In this document: positions 38,301 to 51,900 of the stretch, in pieces
Layout: the number at the start of each line of letters is the position of its first letter
Position numbering within the stretch: position 1 is the stretch's first letter
The notes under the pieces: model-generated
Told to the model about the DNA's origin: nothing
Database searches by the model: none
The model's input: only the letters and a program-made list of their open reading frames with translations
Made by a program: the position numbers and the translations under genes
NCBI GenBank assembly: GCA_002633005.1
Contig: NMRA01000176.1
Location: forward strand, 503,639-567,151
Length of the DNA stretch: 63,513 nt
Source of the DNA: Phoronis australis
Lineage: Eukaryota > Animalia > Phoronida
Direction of reading: 5' to 3'

Positions 38301-41300
38301 GAAAGACGGGTAACAAATCAGCCAGTGTAAATGTATTTGTCCGTCCCATTTCTTTTGTTTAAGGCTTTCTACACACGGTGATGTCAGGGGGCTCAAAAGC
38401 GTGATTGATTAAGATATCGCGAGTGGTTGGTGAAATGCGTTCTTGAACACACATTTCCCATGGTTTAAGAACATGTAAATGTCATCTGGGGAAGTTTACA
38501 GAGTGAATGAAGACTACAGATCTTTACAACAAAATCGCACTGCCACCCTCATCATCACAAGCAATTTATCGTTGTTACTAAATAAGAACAACGGCCGTCA
38601 CCCGGCACCACGACGACCACCTTGTTACCATCATCAACACGGTTTACACTTCCACCACCACCATCAATACTAACGCCATTACAACCAATACCCCTACCAT
38701 CACCCCTACCACCACCACCCCATCATCGCTCTAGCCACTACCACCACCAACAGCAGCTGTAGCAACACTATCATAAATACCACCACCACCTCCTCAGCAC
38801 CCCCACCGGTAGCGTCACCACCACTACCACCACCACCATCCCTTCCACAGCAACCCATACCTGCAATCGGTATTCTAAGCACTATCCAACACTATAAGTA
38901 CACGATATCTTATCTCTTTTAGTTAAACAATCTTTTTCATTACTTTTTGACGTCAGTATAAAATGTATATTTTGATCACAGCCACAACACCAGCACCACC
39001 AAGAACGTCTGTTTCTCATACAACCGAGCCATCGACTGGCGTGATGACGCCATCCACGGTGTTCCGCAGTACTCAGTTCCCTCGAACTGTGCTTTTTGCG
39101 TGCGATTTTGAACTTGACTTCTGCAAAGGAAAGAGTAGTGGTTCACTGATTTTCAAACGCAAACAAGGAAAATCGTCGACAAGCGGAACAACTGGACCAG
39201 TAGCAGACCATACAACTGGAACTTCTGATGGTAAACAATGGCTTCATCGCTTCACGAGCTAATCGGCATCCAATATTTACCGCCTTTACTAAATTATTCT
39301 TTCCGCCTTGATAACGAAATCGATACTAAGTTGTTTTAGCCCTAATAACAGATACTAACGATGACTAAATATGTTCTACAAATAGTGCACTGTAACCCCC
39401 AAATATCAAAAGTTTGGAACACTTATGACAGAACAGTCAAAGAAAATGTGAGCTCTCCTCCCACCACTATGCTCACTAACTTCCACTCGGCATCAAGTTT
39501 AGTGCCTTCTGTAAAGCCATCCAAGAGAAACACTGTTTTCAGGTATGTCTTTTATCGATGTTAATGTGCGTTATCCCCTGTCCCTTCCCCGCTACTTACG
39601 GCTGTCGTTTTGACACTTGAGAACTGATTCAACACAGTAAGTCTTGTTCCAAGGCAGACTTGTCAAAAAATTATAATTTTAACTTTTATTTCATGAATTG
39701 CTGATGTTGTGCAGTATTTTAATTTAAAGGTTTCTACGCTTACATGGATTCGGACAAAGGGTATAATGGTGAAAATGCAGTGTTAAAGATAACGGGAGTA
39801 AAAACCGAATCTTACCGTTGCCTCAGATTTTTCTACCATATGTACGGAAACCATGTTGGGAAACTGCAGGTGTATGGGATGGACAACGCGGCTATTTCAG
39901 CACGGACCAATCTCTTCGTAGTACAAGGTACTTGTGTTAAAATCAATTATGTCTACAATGCAACACTCTACGTGTACACTTGTGAATATGGTACACCATA
40001 TTTACCTAATCACCTTCATACAGTAGACCTGCATCGATCACCATTAACGGAGGTTATTAAATGGTTTGCACTTCCGACCAAAGGGGGCACAGAACAGTTC
40101 TCACAGGGGTTTGCCTGTCAGAACACACGTCAATGCACTCTTCACCCTTTCTTCACTTTGTCCAAAACTACATGCAAATAAGGAAATGTTTTGAGTCATT
40201 TCACATCACAAGCCCTACAGATGAGCACAGAAACTTTATTCTCTCTTGTATTTTTGACCCATTCACTCCCAGTGGAAACCAAGCCGAACTAAGAAAAATG
40301 AGGGCAAAAAAATGCAAAATCGGCACTTTTCACCCCAAAATCACCACTTTCCTGCCGATGCTCGACTAAAGCCAACATTAGATTCCGAAAGCAAATTTCC
40401 TACCGATTCCAAAAATGTGGTCCAAAAGTACTGTCAACCAACTAGTTTTTTTGCAAATCTGGCTTGTTTGAGGGCTACCTGAAATCGCGGCCAATTTATC
40501 AGTTGCTACACAGCAATGCACAACTGCAACAGGGGGCCACCATCTTGAAGAAGAGTGCAGCTACAGCCGAGAAACTGGCCTTTTTCATTCCCAGCATGTT
40601 CACAAATACAACAAAGAAACATTCACTTGGCCTACACACAATACCTAATTGAAATTTGCCCCCAAGCCTGGCCTAGCCCTAGATTTTAACATTTTGGGAG
40701 TGCAAATTGACCGCGGCCACAACCTAACTATTCAGTGCCACCAAACCACGTTACCGAGCGCTGGCGGCCGGAACGAGGCTACAGAAATTTCTTTCACCCA
40801 TACAGAGTTGACTAATTTTGTTCGAATGACCCTCCGCTACGATATATTTTGTAAAATGGTTTACACACCGGATACAGCAGTTGAGTTTAATTGCTGTGTA
40901 ATTTACGAAGTCCAAGTTAACGCAGTCAGGTCACGCCCACTATAGGTACTGTTGTGACTGTGACGATCCAACAAGACCAAAACTAGTATGGTGGAAGACC
41001 TTTAAAAATGTACTACTACAACGGATTCTCTACGATGTGTTGCGTTATTTGTTTACTAAAATGTTACCAAATACAGCCGCATTATCAAAATGAGTCCTAC
41101 GGAAGCAAAGGAACTCTTGATCATGAAAGCATCTGTAGGCCTATATCCACAAGGCATTGAGCCATCCTTGATTAACCAAGCCAATTGACACATCAAGTCT
41201 GCTCTTCAAACGTGTAATCGATTCAGTCACGCGAACCTTAGCTCCAGTATTTGTTCTGCAATCGCACTTTGACGCTCAGTGACCACTAGACTAAGTGCCC

Positions 41301-44300
41301 GGTAAGCTATTTCATAGCACACAGATGTTAGGGAAACTACCTCCGCGCAGTTTGACTGCACATTTGCACCGGAGGCATCCTCAGCTTCTGATCGTCTCCA
41401 ATGCACTATATATAATACTACAAGGTATCGCACTCCGTACAAGGAATTCCACGGGTGCTTCACTTCAACCGTCCATATCAAACATAAAACTCAATAAATT
41501 TACACAAAACAGGGTTTAAAAAAATCATTAGTAATTGGTCTTTCTTGTAATACCATTCACGGTGTCCTGCTCGAGTGAGATCGCAACAAATTCGTGGTCA
41601 AAACACAAAAATGTTCCCAAAATGCCTACGCATCTGTCCTCCTTTGACTGTTCGAGGTCAAGGACGGTACGGCAATTGCCGATTTGTCACGGAGTGTCAC
41701 GACATCGATAATTCCACCCAAAGCCAGACCATTCGTAACTTTCCGCGATGAACCGGCAATTGCCATACATCCGTAACTTATCGGATAATTCCGTACCGTC
41801 CTTGACCTCGAACCGTCAAAGGAGGACCGATGCGTGGGCTTTTGGGAACATTTTCGTGCTTTGACCGCGAATTTGTTGTGATGTCACTGGAGCAGGACAC
41901 CGTGAATGGTATTACAAAAAAATAAAATTACTAGCGGTTTGTTGCAACCCCTGTTTTGCATAAATTTATTGAGTTGTGTGTTTGATACGGACGGCTGAAG
42001 TGAAGTAACAGTGCCATTCCTTGTTCCGAGTGTCATACCTTGTTGTAATATTCTGCGTTGGATAGACAAAATCAAAGTCTGAGTTTGACGGGATGATTTT
42101 TTTACTAAGTTCACTTGGAGCCTCAATGAAAACTTTGAATCCTTGTGAGAACCGTGTGAGAACTCTTAATAGAAATTGTTCCGTTTGTTCTTATCCATGC
42201 ATGAATATCCAATTCTTGTTTTGTGTATCAGTATGATCCTTGTCAGTGACTGAATACACTCCTTGAAACTCTACTGACTCGGTGATCTGCCTAAAATACT
42301 TGATTCGCCAAAGTTACTGAGCTTCCTCGTCGCCTAACTTTTTCTTTTGAGAATGACGCTTATTTTTGCACCAGAAATATTTATATTCTAAGATATGACT
42401 AAACATCACATGGACACTGGTCAAGGCATAAGTACACCGGTGTGGGTGCTTCGTAAAATCAACCCACCTAAAGTTGACCACTCCAAGACATGTTTTGATG
42501 ATCATATCCTGTTTGTCAGAGCTACACTGGGAAATTAGCAGAACTAAAGCTTTTCTGAAGAAATTGCGCAATACTTAAGTTTATGACAACAAGTTGTTTA
42601 CAATAACAAGTCCTGTTCTAAAATGTTTGTGACTTTCAAAATAATTTACTGATATTAATTAACACATTTGTTCATAAAGTTTATTATTAATTTATAATGA
42701 ATTGTTACATAATTCTAACATTTTGCATCAAAAATGTTACACTTGTAGTATTATATATAGTGTATTAGGGACGATCAGAAGCTGAGGACGCCGGTGATTT
42801 GCAATGTTGGTGGTCACCGTTGGTCATGTAAGAAATTAGGAATAAGTAGTTTTACGTTGTCAGTAGATTCGAGGTCATCTTTGTGTAAGTCACAAGCGCT
42901 GTAGCCCATTTCTGTTCCATGTGTATACATTGTGGTTGTTACTTCCCATTAGATTCTATTAAAAAATAAAACAGGTTAAACTATGGATAATTGCATCGCA
43001 TGAGAACCAGGTGCATTGTGCAACCATAGATTAAAAAATGAATCTTGATTTATGCTAAAATTATCCGTTTACGCTGTCGTTCGTAAGCAGTGTTTGTGGG
43101 ACAAAGATGGCCAGAAATCGTTGTTTTTACATGATCTCATCCGCAAAGTGATTGGATGATATTATAAGATTGGTTGACGTGCCGAAACTATCCATTTGTG
43201 ATGCCATATTAACAACGTATATTAGGCAAATCCCTGTGAGTCAAAAAACTCCCAGTAGACTACTTGGTTGGTCGTCAATGCAGTAATGTCTTGTTGCTTT
43301 TTTAATTCCAACTGGCAGTGCTCGGTAGTTATAGTAGTCATTTTGTGACCAACTTTTTCACTTCATTTCAATGAAGTTAAGTCGTTGTCGTAATTTCTTC
43401 CCTCTTCTGGAAGAACTTTCGCCTATTTCAATTAGATTTGTCGTCCTCTGACTTCATAATAGTACGTGCTCTGTTGTTCACAATTCAGCACGCAGTGATG
43501 ATCAGGGGAGGTAAGTCTTGAAAATTCACACTTCCTACAGGGTCTCAGGGAAAGTCGTGGATAATGCAGGAGGTTGACTTGGCCTCAGATATAGCAAAGA
43601 TCTACTTCAAGGCAACAGTTGGCGGAACGTTCGCCAGCAACAGCGAGGGAGACATAGCTCTTGACGACATCAGAGTATACAGTGGAACTTGTTTTAGCTC
43701 AGGTCGGTTTTTTTAGTTACCGGTAGTACAACAGTCCTATAAGATGATGCTTTACTGAATGTCGTGAATTAATGTTCGTCACTTGCTCGTAATCAGTTTT
43801 TTGTAATTTCTTTGTCGGATGGACACTTGATTTCACAAATAAGGTAAAAGCTAGCCATTCCGCAGTTGAACCACTGAAATGCTTTTTTCGTCGTGAAGCA
43901 ATCAGTGGAAGCTACAGACTGATTTCGTGACGAGTAAAATGAAGCGACCACTACTCGTAAGAACGCGTAATCGGTTCGAAAATTTTGAAATCTTGTCGAC
44001 CAGTTGACTAACAGAAGCATGGAAGTGAGTGTAACGTTCCAACGGGCTTAAAGAACTTACTTATATCCGAATTTGCAGTGACAACTTCAGCAGTGACAAC
44101 TTCAGCAGTGACAACTTCAGCAGTGACAACTTCAGCAGCGACGATTACAACAATGCAGCAAACGCTTCCAACAGTGCTTTCTGGAATGTGGAGCTGTGAC
44201 TTTGAATCGGGAATTTGTGGTTTTACGCAAGACTCTTCGGACGAATTTGATTGGATCCGAAATAATGGCACGACACCAAGCTACAATACGGGTCCTTCCG

Positions 44301-47300
44301 TGGACCATACCACTGGAACTGATAAAGGTTAGAATGATAGAATTTCGGGGTGTTCTTTCTGCCAGTTTGTCACTCGTAACAGGTTGGACACTAATTTCGG
44401 AGAGAAATTATAGGCAAAATTGTTTTTTGTTCAATTCACAAAGGCTCCCAATAATATTTGCATGCTCGCATTTTCTCAAAACCTTGTAGCAGCTGCGTGT
44501 ATTATAAAGAACGTAAAAATGATGAGGTCTTGGTTTGATGCTACTTATCTTTTAGTGAAAAATGCACGTATAATCTTAGGCCGCGCATTAGCACAGATAA
44601 AATATTGACGCATAACAGTTCAATAATACAGGCCAGCTGGCGCATTAACCTACATGTAGTCTCAGCTATGCCTTATATTTTGTAAATAATACGCACTACG
44701 TTCAGATTCTAACAACACGACAATGTGGAACACGAGATCAAAACCAATGTCAGTGACCAAAACGAAAATGAAGATGATTCCAAATGTGTATTTAAAGCTG
44801 CATTTCGAATTGTTTAGTTAGCTAAGAAAAGAAAATAGATCATGCCAAGAACTGTACGATGACACTTGGCCTACCTCAACATCCTACGCTCCTTGCTGGT
44901 TTGACAGTGATTGTTGCATTATGCCGCACACCCCACAGAATTAACGAGACACAGAATACTGGCTGGACTCCCCCAGTTATTTTGTAATGCGTCTGATTAT
45001 CTAAGAACGATATCAGAGGCTTGAGGCAATTTAAATAACCACAACAGCATGAGGTCTTTGATCCGAACCGCCAATTTCTGGGGTAGGCAAACCAATCAAG
45101 TTGCCCAATCTCGACTGGTTTGGGTGTCAACGTAGGATTATTGCCATGTTTGGGCTTTTTACTCTCGTATAATCGATCTCACAATATTCGTGAGTGATAA
45201 GTGTCTATTTTCGTTGCCAACTCAAGTTACAAGCAACACGTACATGTGTCATACCTATTTAATGAGAGTAAAAGAGGCCCATTTCCTTTTTACAGGCAGC
45301 TAAACATGGTGAAGTGTAGCTTTAGGTTAGCCGATTAGACCAGTCATTAGTCACGTAACTTGCCGCGCAGCTGATATACAGCCAGTTGAAAGTGCCCCCT
45401 CCTCCAAAAATCGAGTCGACTACAGGTTAGAAGATGTTAACATGACTCCAAACTCCTGCAAATCGGCGCTCAGACTCGATGACCTGTGGGCCAATTGTCT
45501 TATAGCCACATTTTTTCTAAAACGATCCTCAAAATAGAAATATAAAATTTTGCTTGTCTACCAGATTGTGTCCCACATCTACAAGGTGTTCCATTGAAAT
45601 TGGAACCCAAGTGTAAAACAGAAATGAAGGAGTCGAGATTCCTGCACCTTCAAAAAAGCTAACCAGCCCGAAGAAAACGAACCCCGACCTTTAAAACGGC
45701 GATCAGACAGGACACCCACTTCCAGATTTTCTATTAGAATGAATGCGTTGAGTTCAGAAATTCCGATTCCAGATTCCTCTGTTATAATGATCGATGAGGA
45801 GTTGAAGTACACTTTTTTGAGGACAAGAAATTGGTGACGGTGCAGGTCTTTTGAGTGAATAGTTCTAACGGTGCATTTCAAAACCTGGAAACTGTGCCAA
45901 AAATATTGTGCTCTCGATAAGTAAATCGTAAATTGTAAACGTATTTAAACGAATTATTCAACAATGACACTCTAAATTCGAAATAATGTTTTTGATTTTC
46001 ATTTTTGAAAATATTTTGGGAGAAACTATTGAATAATTTGAAATTAATTAAATATTCATTGAGAAAACAACGTGTTGATAATGTGGAATATATTGAAATT
46101 CGCCCAGAGACAAGTTGCACGAGTTTTACCAATGGAAATCAAATAAGAAAAGTCAATGTAATATAAGTTATGTTTTATTATTGACAATTTATAACAAACA
46201 AATCAAAACAACTGGAAAGTACTTGAAAATGCTTTAACTCAAAGTTTGAGGATACTGACATAGTCTCAGAAAATTTGAAAAATTTCCTGGTTTTCCTGTT
46301 TGATCTTCGGGCTTCCTGTTTTAGAGGGCGGGGTTCGTGGTTCAGAGGATGGGGGTTCGTGTTTCATAGGACGGGGTTCGTGTTTCAGAGGACGGGGTTC
46401 GTGTTTCAGAGGACGGGGTTCGTGTTTCATAGGACGGGGTTCGTGTTTCAGAGGACGGAGTTCTTGTTTCAGAGGACGGGGTTCGTGTTTCAGAGGACGG
46501 GTTCGTGTTTTAGAGGACGGGGTCCGTGTTTTTCGAGCTGGTTAGCTGTTTCAATGAAGGTGTGGGTCTGTTTTCGACTCCAAAATATCTGTTCGATGGA
46601 ACACCCTGATGTAAATAGCTTTAACATTGGATATTTTTGTCCCTTTTACAGTTCGTGAGATACATTTTTTTCTCGACACCTGTCATAAGTAAACGAATAA
46701 ATCAGCTTTATTTCTTGATTTTCAATTTGCTTTTTACATTTGGAAACAAAAACTGAGTGACAGGAATGGATGCTTAAATCATGTGCGTTCTGTGCGTATG
46801 TTAGGGGCCCATACTGTATAACGAAAGGTGAAATCTAACGAGATCACTTGCCACTTCCGTGATGTCAACAGATTCGCAAATTCTAGCCTTACAGAACGCA
46901 GCCCTCGGTGATTAAGCTGTCTGTGGAAAAGTTAATACTAAACTTCTCCAGATCTCTAGACCAACATATTGCTTTTTTCAAGACTCGACGAGAGTACTTG
47001 ACATCAAGTTACAACCTGTTTCTCACGTTTAGTTAGTTATCCAGACGACAGCGATTTTCAGAAGCCTGCTATCAATCTTCTTCCGACGTCACGAGGCAAA
47101 CGCAAATTATTTACAGTGTACATGTATATGTACGGTGAATTAATGCATTGTAAACACTCATCGACTCAAAACTGCATGCTGTCAAGAAATAAAAACATAT
47201 CACAGCGTTTTGGCCGATTTTCATCGTATTTCTTCCGAGAATGTAAGAGTCTACACTAACTTTTTAGTATGAATTCCATTTCAAAAGCCAAATACGTTAA

Positions 47301-48844
47301 AGAATACCAGTCTCTGATCTTGAAATTTCAATATATTTCCGCCAGTATTTTATTGTCCCCATACATCGCTAGTGCGGTAATTGAAATGTACCAGCTTAGA
47401 CGGCGGACGGCGACACCCAGAAACCGGCAGATGTAAAGAAGCATTACCAAATACAACAACCACGGAAAAGGCCCAAATGTCGAGTACATTTGAAGTTGGA
47501 GATGTTCTCAAAATATTATCTCTCGTCAGGTTGCTTTGACCGATGTGCTCAAAATATCATCGTTGTAGCAAAATGCATAGTGGTCATGGTACATGTAGAC
47601 TGCTTTGGCAGAAACATGGAGCCAATTACTATTTGTCTTTCTGGCAGGTCATTATATCTACATTGAGGCATCAAGACCAAGGCGACCGCGAGAGAGGGCC
47701 AAAATCAATTCACCTCTATACAGAACCACCAGAGGGGGCTGTCTTACTTTCTATTACCATATGCGTGGTGACGACGTAGGCAGCTTAACAGTCAGTGTCA
47801 AGAACAGTAGCTCAAATCATCAGCTGTGGCAACGCAAAGGTAATAATTCTAGTTACGGTACTTATAATGCTGGTGACGATACCGAGGAAACTTACCAATA
47901 AGAATATGCTGTATAGGCCCTGTCAACGTGGGCTTTTAACCTTCCATCCACTAGTATGCTCTAAATTAAAAACGCAAAACTTTGGAAACACAAACATTTG
48001 AAAACGGCGTACGACTTCCGTCCAGTTATGCAACTGTAGTATTGCTGACACACGTATCCTCTGAATTTCACAACCAGAAGCGCAACATTTCGAAAACCGT
48101 CTCCCCAGAATGTAATGTTTTGAAAACGCAACTTCTCGTTACAGATAACGCTTCCGACCACATGTATGAATTACCAAAAACAAAACTTTCAAAAAACGGT
48201 AACGTAAAGGGCTTATTCGCGAATTGATGTGGAAGGAAAAGGCATAGAAAAAGTTGAGTTTTCGGTTGTGTTAGCTTATTCTTGTGGACAGAGAACTTTT
48301 TGAAAACGATAAAAAACGATACGTGTGGACGGGGAACATTTAGAAAACGAAAAGCAAAAATGTTGCGTTTTTAAAGGGAAACGGAAATTGTTCGAACAAG
48401 GTTATAATTGTTGTGTAAAAATAATATGATCAACACCGATTTCTGTTGGAATATTAAGTAAAACGAAAAGTAAACCGCAGATGTGATTACCAACATCTGG
48501 GTAATGCATTCGTACTCATAATACTACACATGTAAAGCGGCCTCGCCCGGTGTCTAACTTTTTTTACTCGAAATCCAACTCAAAAGTATTTTTAGCATTT
48601 TCCATTCTAGGTTTGTGCGAACTCAGAATAAGTGTCTATTATTCTGAGTACAAAATTTCGAGTTCAAACTGGTATCATCTAGTGCAAGATGATTAGATCG
48701 TTATTCTTGCAAACCATTATGTAGCCTACGTGAGCATAGAATGCACGCGAATCTTGAGTTCGCTGAAAACTAACCCCGAGGTCGATTTCAAGTAAAAAGA
48801 TTAAACCCCGGGCCTTAGAGTGCGATTTTTTGGCCACGTGCTGA

Positions 48845-48932
<88 letters not shown>

Positions 48933-51900
48933 CAACGAAGGTTTCTTACGTCTGTGTCAAAACTAATTCTGGATGTTTAGACTTGCATAATTGTCATATT
49001 TATTACGTAAGAGCAGAACTCGTTGAGTTATCTCCAAAAACCAACTCTTGAGACTAAGGCATAGCGCTAAGTCGTCAAATCAAAGCTTAGTTTTTGTGAC
49101 CGAAGTCGGACTAATAATCCATTGAAATCATATATTATTCTTTCAATTGTTTTGAAGGGAGTATTGACGTGACCATTTTGGCATGATAATTATTTTGGTT
49201 GCAGGGAATGTTGGAAATAATTGGATGAGGGCGGATACAGACTTACCTGTGGGTGCGTTCTTCATCGTTTGGACCGGTACAATCGGTCCCAGTTTCGACG
49301 GAGATATAGCGATAGACGACATCGTTGTCAAAGATTTACCATGCAGTAGCGCGAGTATGTATATGAAACATGTATTATGAATTGTGGGCATATTTCGTCC
49401 CTTTGTGATGACAAGTGATCGATGTGCTTTATGCGAGTGCTACACACGTGTCACCTTCCTCCCAAGGACCAACTGTAAATGTATGCACGCTTTGTATTTC
49501 TTGTCCTCACGAAGGATGAACGTTGTGGTCTTCACTCCATTGTTGTTTGCAGCTTACGGTTTATAGTGGTTCGTGTGTATGTTATTGCCATGATGTGTGC
49601 GCTCAGATTGGTGTCGTTTGATCAAGAACAAACAGTAGAAACGGTTCTATAGTCGTGTTCAAGACAAAGCAGCTGTCTCCAACGTGACAGGCTTGTGCTT
49701 CCTTTTTAGTTGTGGGAAAGAGAGACGACTTTAATCAATGCAGTGTCCGTGTAATATTGTAATTGTTCAGGTCAAAATGAATATTTCATCATTTTAGAAG
49801 GCTTTTTAGGAATGTGGATGTTCAGCAGTCTTCCGGAAGGCACAAAACATGCATTGATGTAAGTGTATTCATAACTTTTGCGTAATTGTAGCAACGCTCA
49901 TAACATCTGGAAGCACGCTTGACACAACGTCAACAACGATGAACGGTCCATCAACAACCTTACGCGCATTTACTAACATAAATCAACAAACGTCTGATCA
50001 AGCGGCAACGTTCACCACAGAGCTGCAGACTACATTTACGCACTCACAAACACCATTGCTAAGTACGACAACGCGTAATCACGTGACAACGCCGACGAAC
50101 GGTGTACAAACAAAAATCCCGCCAACTACAGAGACGACAACAAGACCAACAACTGTTTCAAGTGCAACCGGGTCTACGCTTACAGTTCTTATCACACGTA
50201 ACCATCAGGCGAGAATGATGACATCGGCGACAACTTTGGGCTTAACCACTGGAACCACTGTATCTACCGGCGATCCCCGCTTACTATTCGCTTGTGATTT
50301 TGAAAAAAACACGCTTTGTAATTATCGACAAGGCCTAGATGACGACTTTGACTGGACTGTCACTTCTGCGAACAACCAAAACGCATTCTCAGCCCGACCC
50401 AAAAAAGACCACACCACAAATAGTGAAAGTGGTAAGTACATGTATGTAAAAATGCAAACAAATGAAAGTCTTCTCTGCAATGCGGCTAGCTGACGTCCTC
50501 ATTTAAACTAAATTAGTGATGGCAAGAATGTTGAATTAATAAAAGGTTGGATTATTTCAAACTTCGGTCTTCATACCACGAGTGCCACTTGATTACCTTT
50601 GTCGGTTCTACGTGTCAACCAGCTAACTATGAAGACATGTGGTTGGTTCTGGATGACGACTTCCGACTTTCAAACCAATCAGATGTCTTAGACAATTGAC
50701 CTGCTGAACCGAAACAGTCAATGAAGTGGCAGCTAATGTGATCTTTGAAAGCTTTTGTTCTACATTTTCAGTAGTGCGAGAGAGGTAGCGTTCGTAGCTC
50801 CTAACTAATAATTTGAACCAAAAGGAGTTCATGGATGAGTTTTATTCCAGCCTGCGGCTAATTTTACCGCCAGAAGCTTGGAGTATTCTGGTTTTATGTG
50901 ATCTGATTACACGTGTAGCTGTGGTATTTGGCTTCCACCAGTTGCATTTTGAGTTTGCTCAGAGGTTTCTTCGTCAATTCCTTTATAGGACATTATATCT
51001 TTATCGATACCCAAAACACCGAACACGGTCAAAGAGCTGACTTAGTTCTCCCGCCGCTGCCCTATCCAAACCAGGAGAAATGTCTGAAGTTTTACATCAA
51101 CGTCAACGCCCAATATGCACAGCTGTTCGAAGTACTGGAAGATAGGAAGAGGATATTTCACTTGTCTGGTTAAGTATAACAATCGTAACAATAATAAAAA
51201 TAATAATAATAAGTAATGGTAATAGTCACAGTAAAGGACATAGGCGGATTTAGGGGGGACAGGGCGCCAGCCCCCCCCCCCCCTTGGNNNNNNNNNNNNN
51301 NGGGTCTCAGATTCAATTTCAAGTGTCAAATTCGGAACACGGCGCAATCGTAACGGAACTATGGCCAAGTATAGGCTCTCTCGCGATATCCCAGGCGACC
51401 GGCAGTGGCGCTGTGCACTACGACTCCGTTTCCGTCGTCTGCTCCAATGTGCAATGAAGAAAATTTGCTTTATTTTTTAAAGAAAATGGAACCTGAGTGC
51501 CAATGAAAAAACAGAAGCTGCTGATAAGATGTGAATTTTAATCGAAGCCTTAGTGAATCACTCAGAAACTCATAATTCTCTCTTTGTCAAACCTTAACTT
51601 AAGACGATTTCCAAAGCAATCCCGTCATTATTGCCAACACGAAAAACAGATTTGAACTTTTGGGCAATTGAAGACTATTTTAAATACAACAAATTGGTTA
51701 CGAACCGATTGCAGAAAATACAAAACTTGTAATAAGCATTACAAAAGAAGTAGGTTTCGCGCGCAAACGCTGTGGACCATAAACAAGTAGGTCTCTTAGT
51801 GGCAAAGTAGGAGTAAATCGTGGTGGTGTAGTGGTAAAGCACGTGCGCTTTATCCGCCAAGTCGTGAGTGCGAGTCTGTGATTTTTGCAGTTTGACATGT

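Noticed and set aside
38595-38860. Possible extra Thr/Pro-rich mucin exon between MAM2 and MAM3
   Set aside because: The Thr frame hits a stop and shifts, and I found no convincing phase-1 splice pair. Exons 7 and 8 already join in frame.
46315-46533. Regular 21-bp repeat as a CRISPR array or a repeat protein (ORFs 46275..46658 and 46300..46545)
   Set aside because: The units are contiguous with no unique spacers and there are no cas genes. The context is a eukaryotic intron, and the ORFs are by-products of a stop-free unit.
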